Source: the human T2T-CHM13v2.0 reference genome, Homo sapiens
Assembly (NCBI RefSeq): GCF_009914755.1
Contig: NC_060927.1
Direction: 5' to 3' (one strand)
Length of the DNA: 64,000 nucleotides
In this document: positions 50,996 to 64,000 of the stretch, one piece after another
Layout: each line of letters opens with the position of its first letter
Numbering within the stretch: the first letter of the stretch is position 1
The notes under the pieces: model-generated
Database searches by the model: none
The model's input: the letters and a program-made list of their open reading frames with translations, nothing else
What the model was told of the DNA's origin: nothing
Made by a program: the position numbers and the translations under genes

Positions 50996-52763
50996 TTTAA
51001 ATCAGTTAATCTGTACTACAAGAAATCTTAAAAGAAGTTCTTTAGTCTGAAGTGAAATGAGACTAGATAAAAACTCAGACTTATACCAAGGAAAGAGAGC
51101 ACTAGAAATGGTAAATATGCAGGTAAACAGAAAACATTTTCTTCCTGTTTCTCAATATCTTTAAAAGAAAATTTACTTTTTAAAATAAAATATAATTAAA
51201 ATTAATTGTAGGAAATATAAAAGTACAAGTAAAATGAATAACAGCAATGACACAATAATCTAGAAGAGGATAAATGTAAGTATATTCTAAGAGTCTTAAA
51301 TTATGCATCCTATGATAGCATATTAATTCCAGGTAGACTGTTATAAGTTATGGTTGCATATAGTAAATCTTGCAGAGACCATACACAAACAAGAAACCAA
51401 AGAGTTATATCAAAACTACATAGCCAAGAAATGAGATAAAATGAAATACTTATAAATATGAATTAGTCTAAAAAAGAGAGGGAAGGAAAAAATGAACAAA
51501 GAACAAATGGGACAAATAGAAAATAAAAAGAGAAGTGGCATAGTTAAATGTTATAATATCCATATCTATCAATATCAATAAACATGTTAAATGTAGTAGC
51601 ACTGAACATACAAATTTAAAAGCAGAGACTGTCAACTGGATTTAAAAAGTGAGATAAAAATACATTCTGTTTAAAGGAAATGTCACTGAAATAAGTTGAC
51701 ATAGAGGGTTAAAAGTAAAAGAATAAGGAGGAAAAAAAACATGAAAATGTGACAAGCTGCTGTTTAAGTGACTATATTAATAGCAGACAAAATAGACATT
51801 GAGACAAAAAGTAGTAGAGATATAGAGGGACATTTGATAATTAAGAAGGAATTAATTTACCAAAAAGACATAACGATTGTTAATGTGTATGTACCTAGTA
51901 ACAAAGGTTCAAAATAAAGCAAAAATCAAAACAGTGAAATAGAAATAGCTAAATTAGAGTGGGAGGTTCTAAAACTTCTCCTAAGGCATTGACAGAAAAA
52001 CAAGATTGGCAAAAAGAAAGTGTAAAGTGTATGGAAGATTTGAACAACAGTAGCTACCAACTTAAACTAATTGATTTTATAGAATACTATATTCAAAAAC
52101 GGGAGGATACAAATTCTTTACAAATACAGATGGAATATTTACTAAGACAAGGAATATACTTGACCTTACAGAAATACATTTCAAAGAATCAGAACAATAC
52201 ACATCATATTCTCTGGCTACAGTAGAATTAAATTAGAAGAAAAAAATTAAGATGCTTTAAGTAGATGCATATGCTTAGAAATTACACAACATAATTCTAA
52301 ATAAGCTTTAGGGCAAAGAAGAAATTATAACAGCAATTTTTTACATTTTGAATTAAATGATAATGAAAACAAAATATACACAAATGTATGAAATATAATT
52401 AAACAAGGGCTTGGAGAAAAAATAATAGCCTTGAATATTTATATTAGAAAAGAAAGATTTTTTAAATTCATTATTTATGCTTCTACCTTAAGGAGCTAAA
52501 GAACAAATTGAATTTAATGTGAGTAGAAGAAAGAACATAATAAAAACCGAGGAGAAACCAATTTTTTAAAAATGAATTCAACAAAAACAAATTTGGTTCT
52601 TTGTCAGGATTAATAAAACCAATAAATCTCTAGTTAGACTGATTAAGAAAAAAATAGAAAACATTAATTACCCATATCAAAGTATAAGAGTATATTAAGT
52701 GTATATTAGGGGATATCTCATGGCGTAACTCAGATATAAAAAATATAATAAAGAAATATTATA

Positions 52764-53062
52764 GGCTAGGTGTAGTAGATCATGCCTGTAATCCCAGTTC
52801 TTTGGGAAGCGGGTGCAGCAGAATCCCTTGAAGCTAGGAGTCTGAGACCAGCCTGAGCAACATAGAAAGACCCTATAGCTACAAAAAAATAAAAACATTA
52901 GCTGGGTATGGTGGCAGGTGCCTGTAGTACTAGCTACTCAGGAGGCTGATGTGGGAGGATTGCTTGAACCCAGAAGTTCACGGTTACAGTTAGATATGAT
53001 TGCACCACTGCTCTCCAGCCTGGGTGTGAGAATGAGACCATGTCTCAAAAAAAAAAAAAAAA
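52764..53062 (+). mobile_element. Alu (AluJ-type)
   Basis: Diverged dimer with J-type gcaacatagaaagaccc and ggaggattgcttgaacccag, plus an A tail. Confidence 0.93.
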
Positions 53063-53175
53063 CAGAAATATGAATAACTTTATGTCAATAATTTGGATAA
53101 CATCATTGAAATGAACTAATTTCTTGAAAGACAAATAGTCCAAACTAATACAAAAAAAAAAAAAAAAGAAAATCT

Positions 53176-53476
53176 GGCTAGGTGCTATAGCTCACACCTG
53201 TAATCCCAACACTTTGGGAGACTGAAGCAAGAGGATCGCTTGAGCCCAGGAGTTTGACACCAGGCTGGGCAACATAGTGAGAACCCATCTCTAAAAAAAA
53301 TACAAAAATTTGCCAGGTGTGGTGGTAGGCAACGGGAATCCCAGCTACTCAAGAGACTGAGGTGGGAAGATCCCTTGAGCCCAGCAGGTTGAGGCTACAT
53401 TGAGCAGTAATCATGCCACTGCACTCCAGCCTAGGTTGCAGAGTGAGAACCTGTCTCAAAAAAGAAAGAAAAAAGA
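53176..53476 (+). mobile_element. Alu (AluJ-type)
   Basis: gaggatcgcttgagcccaggagttt..gggcaacatagtgaga. Confidence 0.93.
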
Positions 53477-53477
53477 G

Positions 53478-53797
53478 GGCCGGGCGTGGTGGCTCACGTC
53501 TGTAATCCCAGCACTTTGGGAGGCTGAGGTGGGTGGATAACAAGGTCAGGAGTTCAAGACCAGCCTGGCCAAGATGGTGAAACCCTGTCTCTACTAAAAA
53601 TACAAAAATTAGCTGGGCGTGGTGGCGGGTACCTGTAATCCTAGCTACTCAAGAGGCTGAGGCAGAGAATTGCTTGAACCCAGGAGGCAGAGGTTGCAGT
53701 GAGCCAAGATTGCACCACTGCACTCCAGCCTGGGCGACAGAGTGAGACTCTGTCTCAAAAAAAAAAAAAAAAAAAAAGAAAGAAAGAAAGAAAGAAA
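53478..53797 (+). mobile_element. Alu (AluSg-like) inserted in the tail of the preceding AluJ
   Basis: ggccgggcgtggtggctcacg..caaggtcaggagttcaag, with an A then (GAAA)n tail. Confidence 0.96.
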
Positions 53798-56399
53798 ATC
53801 TGAATAATGGTATATAAATTAAGGAAATTTAATTTAAAACCTTCCCACAAGAAAACTTTAGTTCTTCCCACAAGAGCTTTAGTTCATGTCATACATTTTG
53901 GTTTTATTTTTTGTTTCAGTCTACATTCTGGGGAGGTGAGGTTACTGGCAAAGTTATAAGTAGGTAAGGTATTACTGTACATAAGTAGTATAATAAAATT
54001 ACTAAATATAATTAATTTAAATAAACTTTAGTAAATTTTAAACAAATGATACTAAGCCAAAACTCCTTCAGTTCCAGTGTTTTCTTTTTGGCCTATATAT
54101 TTTTTCATCATTTGGAAAGTAAACTAAAGATATTTTTAGTTGAGCGAAGATCTAAATTCAAACAAAATGGATTCCTTTGGGAAAACTACTAATAGCATCA
54201 TTGAAATTTTGAGCTCAGCCTGAAGCTATTCTTTGCACTGGATTGAAAATAGCCATATCATAATTTGTAAGGAAAGAATATACTCAAAATATGGTCTAAG
54301 AAGGGTCAGAAGATAGATATTTAACTTTAGAGCCACATACATTGTGGTTGCATCTTAAAAACCTAACAAGTATTCTAATTGTCTATGAATATCATCTCTC
54401 TCTATATCCCAGACTATCATCACATTGCTTTAAGCTACAAAATTAAAAGTCCACTGGTGTAAACTATTAATGTCTTTGGGAAAGCATATAGGAGACAAAT
54501 TCTGTAATATTTGAATTATATATAATGAACATGTATTGCTCCTGTACTTAAAAAAAAGAGAGCATGGAAAAAAAAACAAGATAAGATTTATACAATCTGC
54601 TAGATGTTCAAATTACACTGGAATAAAGTTGAAGTTCTAGTAATTCGGAAGTTGTGTGACAATTAGCTATTGAAGAAAATGGCTTTTATAACAAGAGCTA
54701 GCTCTAAAGCACTGTGTGGGCCTCAGCAAATCAAGTGTCTACTACATTTTTCTACAGGTTAAAATACCTTAACAAGAAGATCAAAGACTATCTTATGAAG
54801 CAAAAAAAAAAATAAATATGTAAATATTGTATATCTATATATTTGTACATTTTTGCTTATGTCGGTATATAGACATTGAAAAAGATCAGCCTTGCCCTAA
54901 GGACATGATAAAAACAGAGTGTATACTCTCAACCAATTTTTACTTGGTGAAAACTGATGTCTGAAGATAGGTTAGGAGGATGGATGCCATGGGTTTTCTT
55001 TTCTTTTATTCTTCTGACTACCTTCTGTAACACTGACAAATCATCATATTCTTGTACTAAAGTTCTAATATAGGTAGAGTTGACTTTATTTTTAGGACTA
55101 TCATTACCACAAGCAAAAGAAATGTTAATTTGCTTGTGTTGTCTTTTTTCCAGCTTCTTCAGAATAGGAAGGAAATTGATTTAAGATAGAGGTATTTTTT
55201 CTGCTTTTCCCATAACAGGCCTATGTTATAATTTATAAACAAACCAAATTTGTCAGTTGCTTTTAACTCATTATTTAAATACAAAACAGTTATTTTTGGT
55301 GGTTGTTGCTTTTTTTAGAAAAATTGTGTCTGTACACATTCAGTGTAATCTTGAATTCCAACTTTGATTTAGTAATCAGCAAATTTTCATTTGAAATTCT
55401 GAAGAACAGTATGAGTAAATGTTGTTACTGTTTTCTTCCTCTCTCTCTTTTATATATTAAATATGTTATATTTAAAGTTGAAGTTGAAATCTTGGGCAAT
55501 TCATATATGAAGTGATGGGAATTATATTGTAATCAACATATTGGAGTTTGTGTTTCCTAACTGTGCTATTATGTTTACATGCAGAATATTAAGTGGAGGG
55601 CTTTCTAAGAAGGAGGCATTCTAAGTAAATTTAACCTTGAAAAATGAATTATCTCTTCAACTATTTACAGCCTTTTATGAATATTTACAGAATTTATAGA
55701 AGAATTGCTAGAGAATGTGCTGGAAAATCTAGGGAAATATTGCTTTAAAAAATAACCTTAACATTTAACATTGTCTATGTTTCATTGATTTCCTTAGCAG
55801 AAGTTTTATAAAGCCAAATTTGCCTGTACATGTTTTCCAGCACGTAATATTTGAAAAAAATCATTCCACTGGAAATGATGACAAGTGAATTATCTTATAA
55901 TTCACCCTGGCCATAGCCATTAGTCTGGCTTCAATATCATGAATATTGGTGCAAGGACCAGGCAGTAGATACCAAATCAAACCACGACAACTGCAGCAAC
56001 AGGTGAAAGCAGGCATGGGACTCCAAAAATTAGATTCTTCCCTTAACATTTGATTTAGAACCATAGAATGCTGAAGATTGATATAACTGAGGACCAAAGA
56101 GATGAGTGCAGAAGGATAATTTCTTAATTCCTCCTCCCCTGAACCTACTGTTTTCCTAGTTACCTCCTATAGGAGGGCCTCCACTGCCAACAGTGGAGTT
56201 ACCAAAAATCTCAAACAGAAACACTGATTTTTTTTTAAGATCAAAAGCCTTGATCCAGATGTAATGTGGAAAATATTGAAAAATTATACCATCAGATTTA
56301 TGTTTTCTTAACTCTTCTGCAACCAATATAAAAGCCCTGTTTGAATATTGTTGTTGCTGCCATTTTCTCAGCACACCAATCTTCATATTTCTCCAGTGA

Positions 56400-57150
56400 T
56401 GGGTTTGCGTGTAGGGTGGGGCATGGAAGTGCTGAAGGGCTCTTCTCAGTGTCCCTGCTCTACAACTAGATTTCATCAGACCCTGAACACACATGCCTCA
56501 GAGGGCATGTCTCTCCATATGCTTGCCCCCTCCCTCAGCAGTAGACTTTTATTGCTTATTATTTGGTGCTAAGCTAATGCTGGGAACTGTAGTAATGCCC
56601 CGTTCTTCTGGTCTAGCCTTAGTGTTAGGCAGAATCTGTGCACCTGGGCCTTGGAAACAGGGCCCTCTTAGCATGCCTGCCTCTATCTCCTTGCAAACAA
56701 ACCTCCTCTTGTTTCTGGCAGCTCCAAGAACAGTTATTATTGTTCTTTTTCCTTGACCTCCAATCTTTCTTGTGAGCATCCAGTGTAAGCCCATGGAGAA
56801 GATTTTGTAAATGACTGTGAATGGAGCTCCCAGTTATTCTAAATTGATATGCTAGCCCACACTTGGCATTTAGAAATGTGTTGAAATTTTAGCTGCTCTC
56901 TTCCCTGCTTTCATGGAAGCCACCTCTTCCTCCCATACTGTGCTAAAGATGAAACAGATCATGTGCCCTATCCCTGCACAGAGGGGCTTGATACTTATTG
57001 GGATTCAATTCCCTTAACTGTTTTGCAACTTCAGTTATATGATGAGTTTAAGAAAAGATTTTTTTTAGATTATATCTGGACTTTTCTTCTTGTTAGTATG
57101 GGGGCAACATTTTTTTGCATTTTTCTACATCCTTAAGCAGAAGTGGAACC
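56400..57150 (-). mobile_element. Old L1ME-type 5' region
   Basis: gcccatggagaaga..gctagcccacacttggc..caacttcagttatatgatgagtttaagaaaag..ttctacatcc..agaagtggaa resembles reversed L1ME 5' ends. Left boundary uncertain. Confidence 0.5.
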
Positions 57151-57787
57151 TCCAGTTTTTCATTATTATCTAAAATAAAACATTCTTAAAACTTTCTTAT
57201 AAAATTTTTAAATCAGACTTTAATATTCACAGTGAATTGAAAGAAAATGAGGAACAACAGTGTCTTTGCCTACAGAACTTTCTCTGGATTTTTCCTCAAA
57301 GGACTTAGAAAAAAAACATTATTGCTTTAGGCCAAATACCCTGCTGGTAAGCTCTAAAAGATGAGTGTAAGAAGTGTTTCCTCTAGCTTCGCATAGTCAG
57401 GCCTGCATAACTCAGGGTCCTGATCACTCAGTATTGACAGTCAAGAATTTTGTCCAGAAAAATTCCTTAGACCAACAAAAACCGTGATGGTTTGGCACTG
57501 GACTATGAAAATCTCTAAAGAGATTTTAGTTACGAAGTGGCTTTTGTGTAACATCAAGATAGGCTTGCTTGGGTAAACCAAACCATTAGAAGAGATATGT
57601 AGGATGGACCTATGTGCCTTAAAGATTCAAAAGTCACTCCTATGAAGACGGCCAACAAAGAGGGGACAACATCTTCAAAAGATTCTGATTAAAATGCTTA
57701 CGTTTTCCCAGATAGAGTATCCTACTAGGGATGTCCCTTTACTGTGTCTCTCCTTTGCATGTGTAGAAACCTTCTTTTTAAATTGAT

Positions 57788-57935
57788 TTATTCATTTAAC
57801 AAATAATGTTGAGTGTTTACCATGTTCTAGGCACTGCCCTGGGCTGTTGGACTATATCAGATCACAAAACCAAGATTCTTACCTATGATATGGAGTTTCC
57901 ATTCTAGTAATGGAAGTCAGAATTAAACAATATAT
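57788..57935 (-). mobile_element. L2 3' end
   Basis: ttcatttaacaaataatgttgagtgtttaccatgttctaggcactg..atggagtttccattctagt. Confidence 0.82.
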
Positions 57936-57939
57936 GTAG

Positions 57940-60900
57940 AGGGGGCAGAGCAAGATAGCTGAACAGAAGCCTCCAGCAATCATTCCCCACACAGTGACAC
58001 AATATTGAACAACTATTCACACTAAATGCCCCATGGAGGGGGCATTTAAACCAGCCCAGGCCAAAGGCAAGTTGTCCATGCCACCAGTCAGAACTGGAGT
58101 TCTGGGAAGCCCCCGTGCCACGTGCTAAAGTGCTCTAGGGTCCCAAATAAACTTGAAAGCAGTCTGGGCTACAAGAACTGCAATTCCTGGGCAAGTCTTG
58201 GTATTGTGCTGGGTTCAGAGCCAGTGGAATTGGGATGCACATTACCTAGTGAGACACGAGCAAGGGAAGCCAAGGGAGTGCTTCTGATACCCTTCCTCAA
58301 CCTTAGGCAGTTCAGCTTGCAGCTCCAAGGGAGAATCCTTCTTTCTGCTTCAGGAGAGGAGAGTGGAGAGTAAAGAGGATTTTGTTTTATAACTTGGATA
58401 CCAATTTAGCCACAGTAGAATAGGGTACCAGGTAGTCCTCAGAGTCTCAACTCCAGTCCCTGGGTCCCAGACAGCATCTCTGGAACTTCCCATGGTCCAG
58501 AGGAACTCTCCACGCTGAAGAGAAGGACACAAGCCTTCCCTAGATTCCGCACTTGCTGGTTGTAGAGCCCATGGGCCTTGAGTAAACATAGGCAGTAGCC
58601 AGACAGTGGTCACCACCAGCCTCGGGCAAGACCCAGTGCTGTGTTGGCTTCATATCTGACCCAGCAGAGGCCTAGTGGTGTTGGCCACAGAGGTGCTTAT
58701 GGCACCCCTCCTCCAGCTCCAGGGAGTTCAGCACAGAGAATGAGACTCCTTTTGGAGAAAAGTAAGGGAAGAGAACAAAAGTCTCAGCCTGCTAATCCAG
58801 AGAATTCTGCCAGCTCTTACTCAAGACCAACAAGGGAGTACTTCTAGAAGTCCCCAATAACCACAGTATTACTGGGCTTAGGGTGCCCCTAATACAGTGA
58901 CCAAAGACTTAGAACACAACACCCAAGTCCCTTTAAATTCTTGGAAAGCTTTCCCAAGAAGGACAAGTACAAACAAACTCAGGCTGTGAAGACTACAATA
59001 AATACCTAACTCTTCAATGCCCAGAAACTGACAAGCATCCACAAGTATCAAGATCATCCAGGAAACATGACCTCACCCAATAAACTAAATAAGGCACCAA
59101 GGACCAATCCTGGAGAGAGAGATATGTGACCTTTCACACAGAGAATTCAAAATAGCTGTTTTGAGAAAGCTCAACACAATTTAAGATAACACAGACAAGG
59201 AATTCAGAATCCTACCAGATAAATTTAACAAAGAGATTGAAATAATTAAAAAGAGTCAAGCAGAATTTCTGGAGCTAAAAAATGCAATTGACATATGGAA
59301 AAATGCATCAGAGTCTCTTAACAGCAGAATTCATCAAACAGAAGAAAGTATTCGTGAGCAAATGTTGGAGGCCGAAGGAATGAGGGTCATGATCAACTCA
59401 GTATACCGCTGGAGGCTATATGAGCAAACAGCAAACTGTTCTCATGAAAGCAGGATGTTGGCAAGCTGGCAAACTTTGTCTGCCACCCAGAAGGAATACT
59501 GAGTGCAGTCACGCCCCAGGCACAGTGTTTCTGGTGATTATCTACAGGCACATCTGAAGCCTGTTAGCAATCATGTGAACCTGTGATAAATCAAGCAGCT
59601 GGCCAACATTAGCTCCTCCTCCCTGCTCTTTCTACCTAATAAATATGAAGGGCTGTGGAAGCTCAGGGCCCTTGCTCACTAGAAGCAAGGAGCCCCCTGG
59701 CCCCTTCTTTAAAACAGATTATTTTATCTTAGTTTTCATTTCTGCATTCATCCCCTTTCATTCAGAACCGTAGTAACCATCACAAGCAAATAGCAGGCTA
59801 TTTGGAAACATATAGTCAGAAGAGACAAAATAAAATAAAATAAAATAAATAAATAACGTATGCCTACAAGATCTAGAAAATAGCCTCAAAGAAGCAAATT
59901 CAAGAGTTATTGGCTTTAAAAAGGAGGTAGAGAAAGAGAGAAAGGGGTAGAAAGTTTATTCAAGGGATAATAACAGAGAACTTCCCAAACCTAGAGAAAC
60001 ATATTAATAGTCAAGTACAAGAAGGTTATAGAACATCAAGTAGATTTAACTCAAATAATACTTACCTCAATACATTAAATAGACTCCCAAAGGTCAAGGA
60101 TAAAGAAAGGATCCTAAAAGCATCAAGAGAAAAAAAATAACATACAAAGGAGCTCCATTTTGTCTGCCAGCAGACTTCTCAGTGGAAACCTTCAGGCCAG
60201 AAGAGAGTGGCATAACATATTTAAAGTGTTGAAGAAAAAAATCTTTTATCCTAGAATGATATATCTGGTGAAAATATCCTTCAAACATGAAGGAGAAATA
60301 CAGACTTTCCCATACAAAAGCTGAGGCACTTTAACAATACCAGACCTGTCCTATAAGAAATGCTAAAGAAAGTTCCTCCATCTGAAAGAAAAGGATGTTA
60401 AGGAGAAATAAGAAGTCATCTGAAGGTGCAAAACTCCCTGGTAATAGTAAGTACATAGAAAACATTGTATCACTGTAATTGTGATGTGCAACTATTCATA
60501 TCTACAGTAGAAAGACTAAAAGATGAACCTATCAAAAATAACTTTGAAAACAACTTTTCAAGACATAGTATATATAATAAGATGTAAATAGAAACAACAA
60601 AAAGTTAAAAAGTTGTGTGGGGGATGGTGTAGAATTTTTATAAGTTGTCTCATTGTTAGTTTCTTTATCCAATCAGTGTTAGGTTGTCATCTGTTTAAAA
60701 TAATGGCTTATAAGATATTATTTGCAAGCTTCATGGTAACTCAAATCAAAAAACCTACAATAGATGCATAAAAAATCAAAAGCAATAAGTGAAAATATAC
60801 CACCAGAGAAAATCACCTTTAGTAAGAGGAAGATGGGAAAGAAGGAAGAGAAGAGCACAAAACAACTAGAAAACAAATAATAAAGTGGCAGGAGTAAGCC

Positions 60901-63900
60901 CTTACTTATCAATAAAAACACTGAATGTAAATGGACTAAACTGTCCTATCAGAAGAGATAGAATGGCTTAATGGATAAAAAAAACAAGAGCCAATGATCT
61001 GTAGTCTACAAGAAACCCATATCACCTATAAATACAAACAGAAAGTATCATAAAGGAATGGAAAAATATATTTCATGTAAATGGAAACCAGAAAAGAGCA
61101 GAAGTGGCTATACTTATATCAGACAAAATAGATTTCCAGACAAAAACTATAAAAGGAGTCAAAGAAGGTAATTATACAATGATAAAGTGTCAATTTTGTC
61201 AAAAAAGAGAATATAACAAATGTAAATATACATGCACCCAATATTGGAACACATAGATATATAAAGCAAATATTATTAGAGCTAATGAGAGAGACAGACC
61301 TCAATAAAGTAACAGTTGGAGACTTCAGCACCCCACTTTTAGCATTGGACAGATCATCCAAACAGAAAGTCAACAAAGAAACATCAGGCTTAAGCTGCAT
61401 TGTAGACCATATTAACCTGATAGATATTCAAGAGTGATAGTGATTCAATGTCTGCAGAATACATTTTCTCCTCAACACATGGATCATTCTCAAGCATAGA
61501 CCATAGGTAAGGCCACAAAACAAGTCTTTAAAATTTCAAAAAATTGAAGTTATATCGAGTATCTTCTTCGACCAAAATAGAATAAAAGGAGAAGTCAATA
61601 ACAACAGAAACTTTGGAAACTATACAAACACATGGAAATTAAACAGTATCTTCCTGACTTCTGAACAGCAATTCAAGGAAGACATTAAAAAGAAAATATT
61701 AAATTTCTTGAAACAAATGAAGATGGAAATACATCATACCAAAACATTTGGGATAGAGCAAGAGCAGCAATAAGAGGAAAGTTTATGACAATAAGTGCTT
61801 ACATTGGAAAAGCTTTTAAAAATCCAAATAAACAACTTAACAATGCATCTTAAAGAACTAGAAAAGCAAGAGCAAACCAAACCCAAAATTAGCAGAAGAA
61901 AAGAAATAGTAAATATCAGAGCAAGAATAAATGAAATTGAAACCAAAAATAATACCAAAGATCAACAAAACAAGAAGTTAGTTTTATGAAATGGTAAGCA
62001 AAATTAGCAAACCTTTAGCCATATTAAATAAGACAAAAAGAGAGAAGACTCAAATAAATACAATCAGAGATGAAAAATGAGACATTACAACTGATACTGC
62101 ACAAATGCAAAGGATCATTAGAGGCTGCCACGAGCAACTACTAATTTATGACAATAAATTGGAAAACCTATAAGAAATGGATAAATTCCTAGACACATAC
62201 AGCCTACAATCATTGAGCCAGGAAAAAATCCAAAATCTAAATAGACCAATAACAAGTAATGAGACTGAAATCATATAAAACATCTCCCAGCAAAGAAAAG
62301 CCCAGGACCCAATGGCGTCACTGCTGAATTTGATCAAACATTTAAAGAACTAAATTCAATCCTACTCAAACTTTCCAAAAATAGAGAAGGAGGTAATTGT
62401 TCCAAACTCATTCTACAAGGCTAATATTACCATGATACCAAAACTGGAAAAAAACACATTAAAGAAAAGACAATATCTTTGGTGAACATTGATGCAAAAA
62501 TTCTCCACAAAATGCTAGCAAACCAAATTCAATAACACATTAAAAATAACATCCAGCATGACCAAGTGGGATTTATCCCAGGGATGTAAGGACAGTTCAA
62601 CATACATCAATCAATGAATGTGATACGTTACATCAGCAGAATGCAGGACAAAAAAAGGGTATGATCATTTCCATTGATACTGAAAAAGCATTCGATAAAA
62701 TTCAACATACCATCATGATAAAAACCCTAAAAAAAACTGGGGATAGAAAGACCTTACTTCAAAACAATATAAACAATATAAGCTATAAATCGCAGACCCA
62801 CAACTACTATACAAATCACACAAGAAAAGAAATAAAGGACATCCAATTGGAAAGGAAGAAGTCAAATTATCCTTCTTTGCAGATGATGTGATTTTATATT
62901 TGGAAAAACCTAAAGACTCCACCAAAAACACTATTAAAACTGATAAACATATTTGGTAAATTTTCAGGAAACCAAAGGCAACATACAAAAATCAGTAGCA
63001 TTTCTATATGCAGTGAACTATCTAAAAAAGAAATCAAGGGAGTAATCCCATTTACAACAGCTACATATAAAATTAGACAAGTCTTAAGAATAAATTTAAC
63101 CAAAGAAGTGTAAGATATCTACAATGAAAACTATAAAACACTGATTCAAGAAATTGAAGAGGACACAAAAAAGTGGAAAGATATTTCATGTTTATGGATT
63201 GGAAGAATCAATATTGTTAAAGTGTTCATACTACCCAAAGCAATCTACAGATTCAATGCAATCCCTATAAAAGTACCAATGACATTCTCTACAGAAATAA
63301 AAATAATAATAATCCTAAACTGTATGTGGAGCCACAAAAGACCCAGGAAAGCCAAAGGCATCCTGAGCAAAAGGAACAACAGTGTAGGAATCACATTACC
63401 AGACATCAAATTATACTACATAGCTATAATAACCAAAACAGCATGGTACAGGCAGAAAAAAACAGACATAAAAACCAATGGAACACAATAGAGAACACAG
63501 AAATAAATTTATACATCTACAGTGAATTCATTTTCAACAAAGGTGTCAAGAACATACATTGGGAAAAGGACAGTCTCTTCAATAAATGGTGCAGGGAAAA
63601 TTGGATAGCCATATGCAGAATGAAACTAGACCCCTATCTCTCACAATATACAAAAATCAAAACAAAATGGATTATATACTTAAATCCAAGACCTAAAACT
63701 ATGAAACTACTAAAAGAAAACATTGGGGAAAGTCTTTAGGAAATCTGAATAGGCAAAGATTTATTAGTTAATACACCCAAAGCACAGGTAAACAAAGAAA
63801 AAATGGATAAATGGGATCACATCAAGTTAAAAGGCTTCTCTACAGCAAGGAAACAATCAACAAAGTGAAGAAACAACCCACAGAATAGGAGAAAATATTT

Positions 63901-64000
63901 GGAAACTATCCATCTGACAAGGAATCAATAAGCAAAGTATGCAAGAAGCTCAAACAACTCAATAGGAAAAGATCTAATAATCCAATTTAAAACGGTTAAA
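57940..64000 (+). mobile_element. L1 (L1MA1-3/L1M1-like): 5'UTR, ORF1 and ORF2 relics, running off the window end
   Basis: 5' gggggcagagcaagatagctgaa. ORF1 from about 59067. ORF2 frames [53 protein letters not shown] and [12 protein letters not shown]. Many stops. Confidence 0.95.
59363..59784 (+). mobile_element. LTR3 solo LTR (HERV-K3/HML-6) inside L1 ORF1
   Basis: tgttggaggccgaaggaatgagggtc..caactcagtatacc..caca, 422 bp. The perfect 6-bp TSD agcaaa (59357-59362, 59785-59790) is typical of betaretrovirus-like integrases. Confidence 0.9.

Larger units (their letters stand above)
51010..53860 (+). mobile_element. Old L1 (ORF1 end and ORF2 5' half) interrupted by three Alus
   Basis: taatgtgtatgtacctagtaaca, atggaagatttgaacaac, ttctctggctacagtagaattaaattagaa and aaaaccttcccacaagaaaac are L1 ORF2 motifs. 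Confidence 0.85.

Noticed and set aside
55154-55191. Possible 38-nt exon (ttttttccAG ... gag|GTATTT)
   Set aside because: Weak donor, not frame-preserving, and no partner exons identifiable.
57300-57760. Unique-looking segment with a few CpGs and a minus-strand GTAAGC donor
   Set aside because: No matching acceptor and no recognisable peptide.

Overview
This is AT-rich, repeat-dominated primate (probably human) genomic DNA, apparently intronic or intergenic; Alu, L1, L2, MIR, MaLR, ERV and DNA-transposon relics are all present. I find no supportable cellular protein-coding gene, RNA gene or CRISPR array. Most entries in the ORF track are chance frames or decayed transposon and retrovirus frames. 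Main content: (1) a 5.8-kb two-LTR HERV-I (LTR10-type) provirus on the minus strand (38859-44689) with a tRNA-Ile PBS, a polypurine tract, one large gag-pro-RT deletion and decayed RNaseH/IN/env; (2) an 11.5-kb nested stack (17158-28690) in which an L1 carries an MSTB-like provirus, itself carrying a THE1 provirus and an Alu, plus a solo THE1 LTR; (3) further old L1s, a HAL1-like element, solo LTRs (MER50-like, LTR3/HML-6, MST, MLT1), Tigger2/3 and MER5-type MITEs, and six Alus in all. The best non-repeat candidate for function is a CpG-retaining segment at about 45.35-45.82 kb, with a perfect 14-bp palindrome and outward-facing splice donors. I found no convincing new biological system. Subfamily names come from remembered consensus sequences, not database searches, and divergences were counted by eye.
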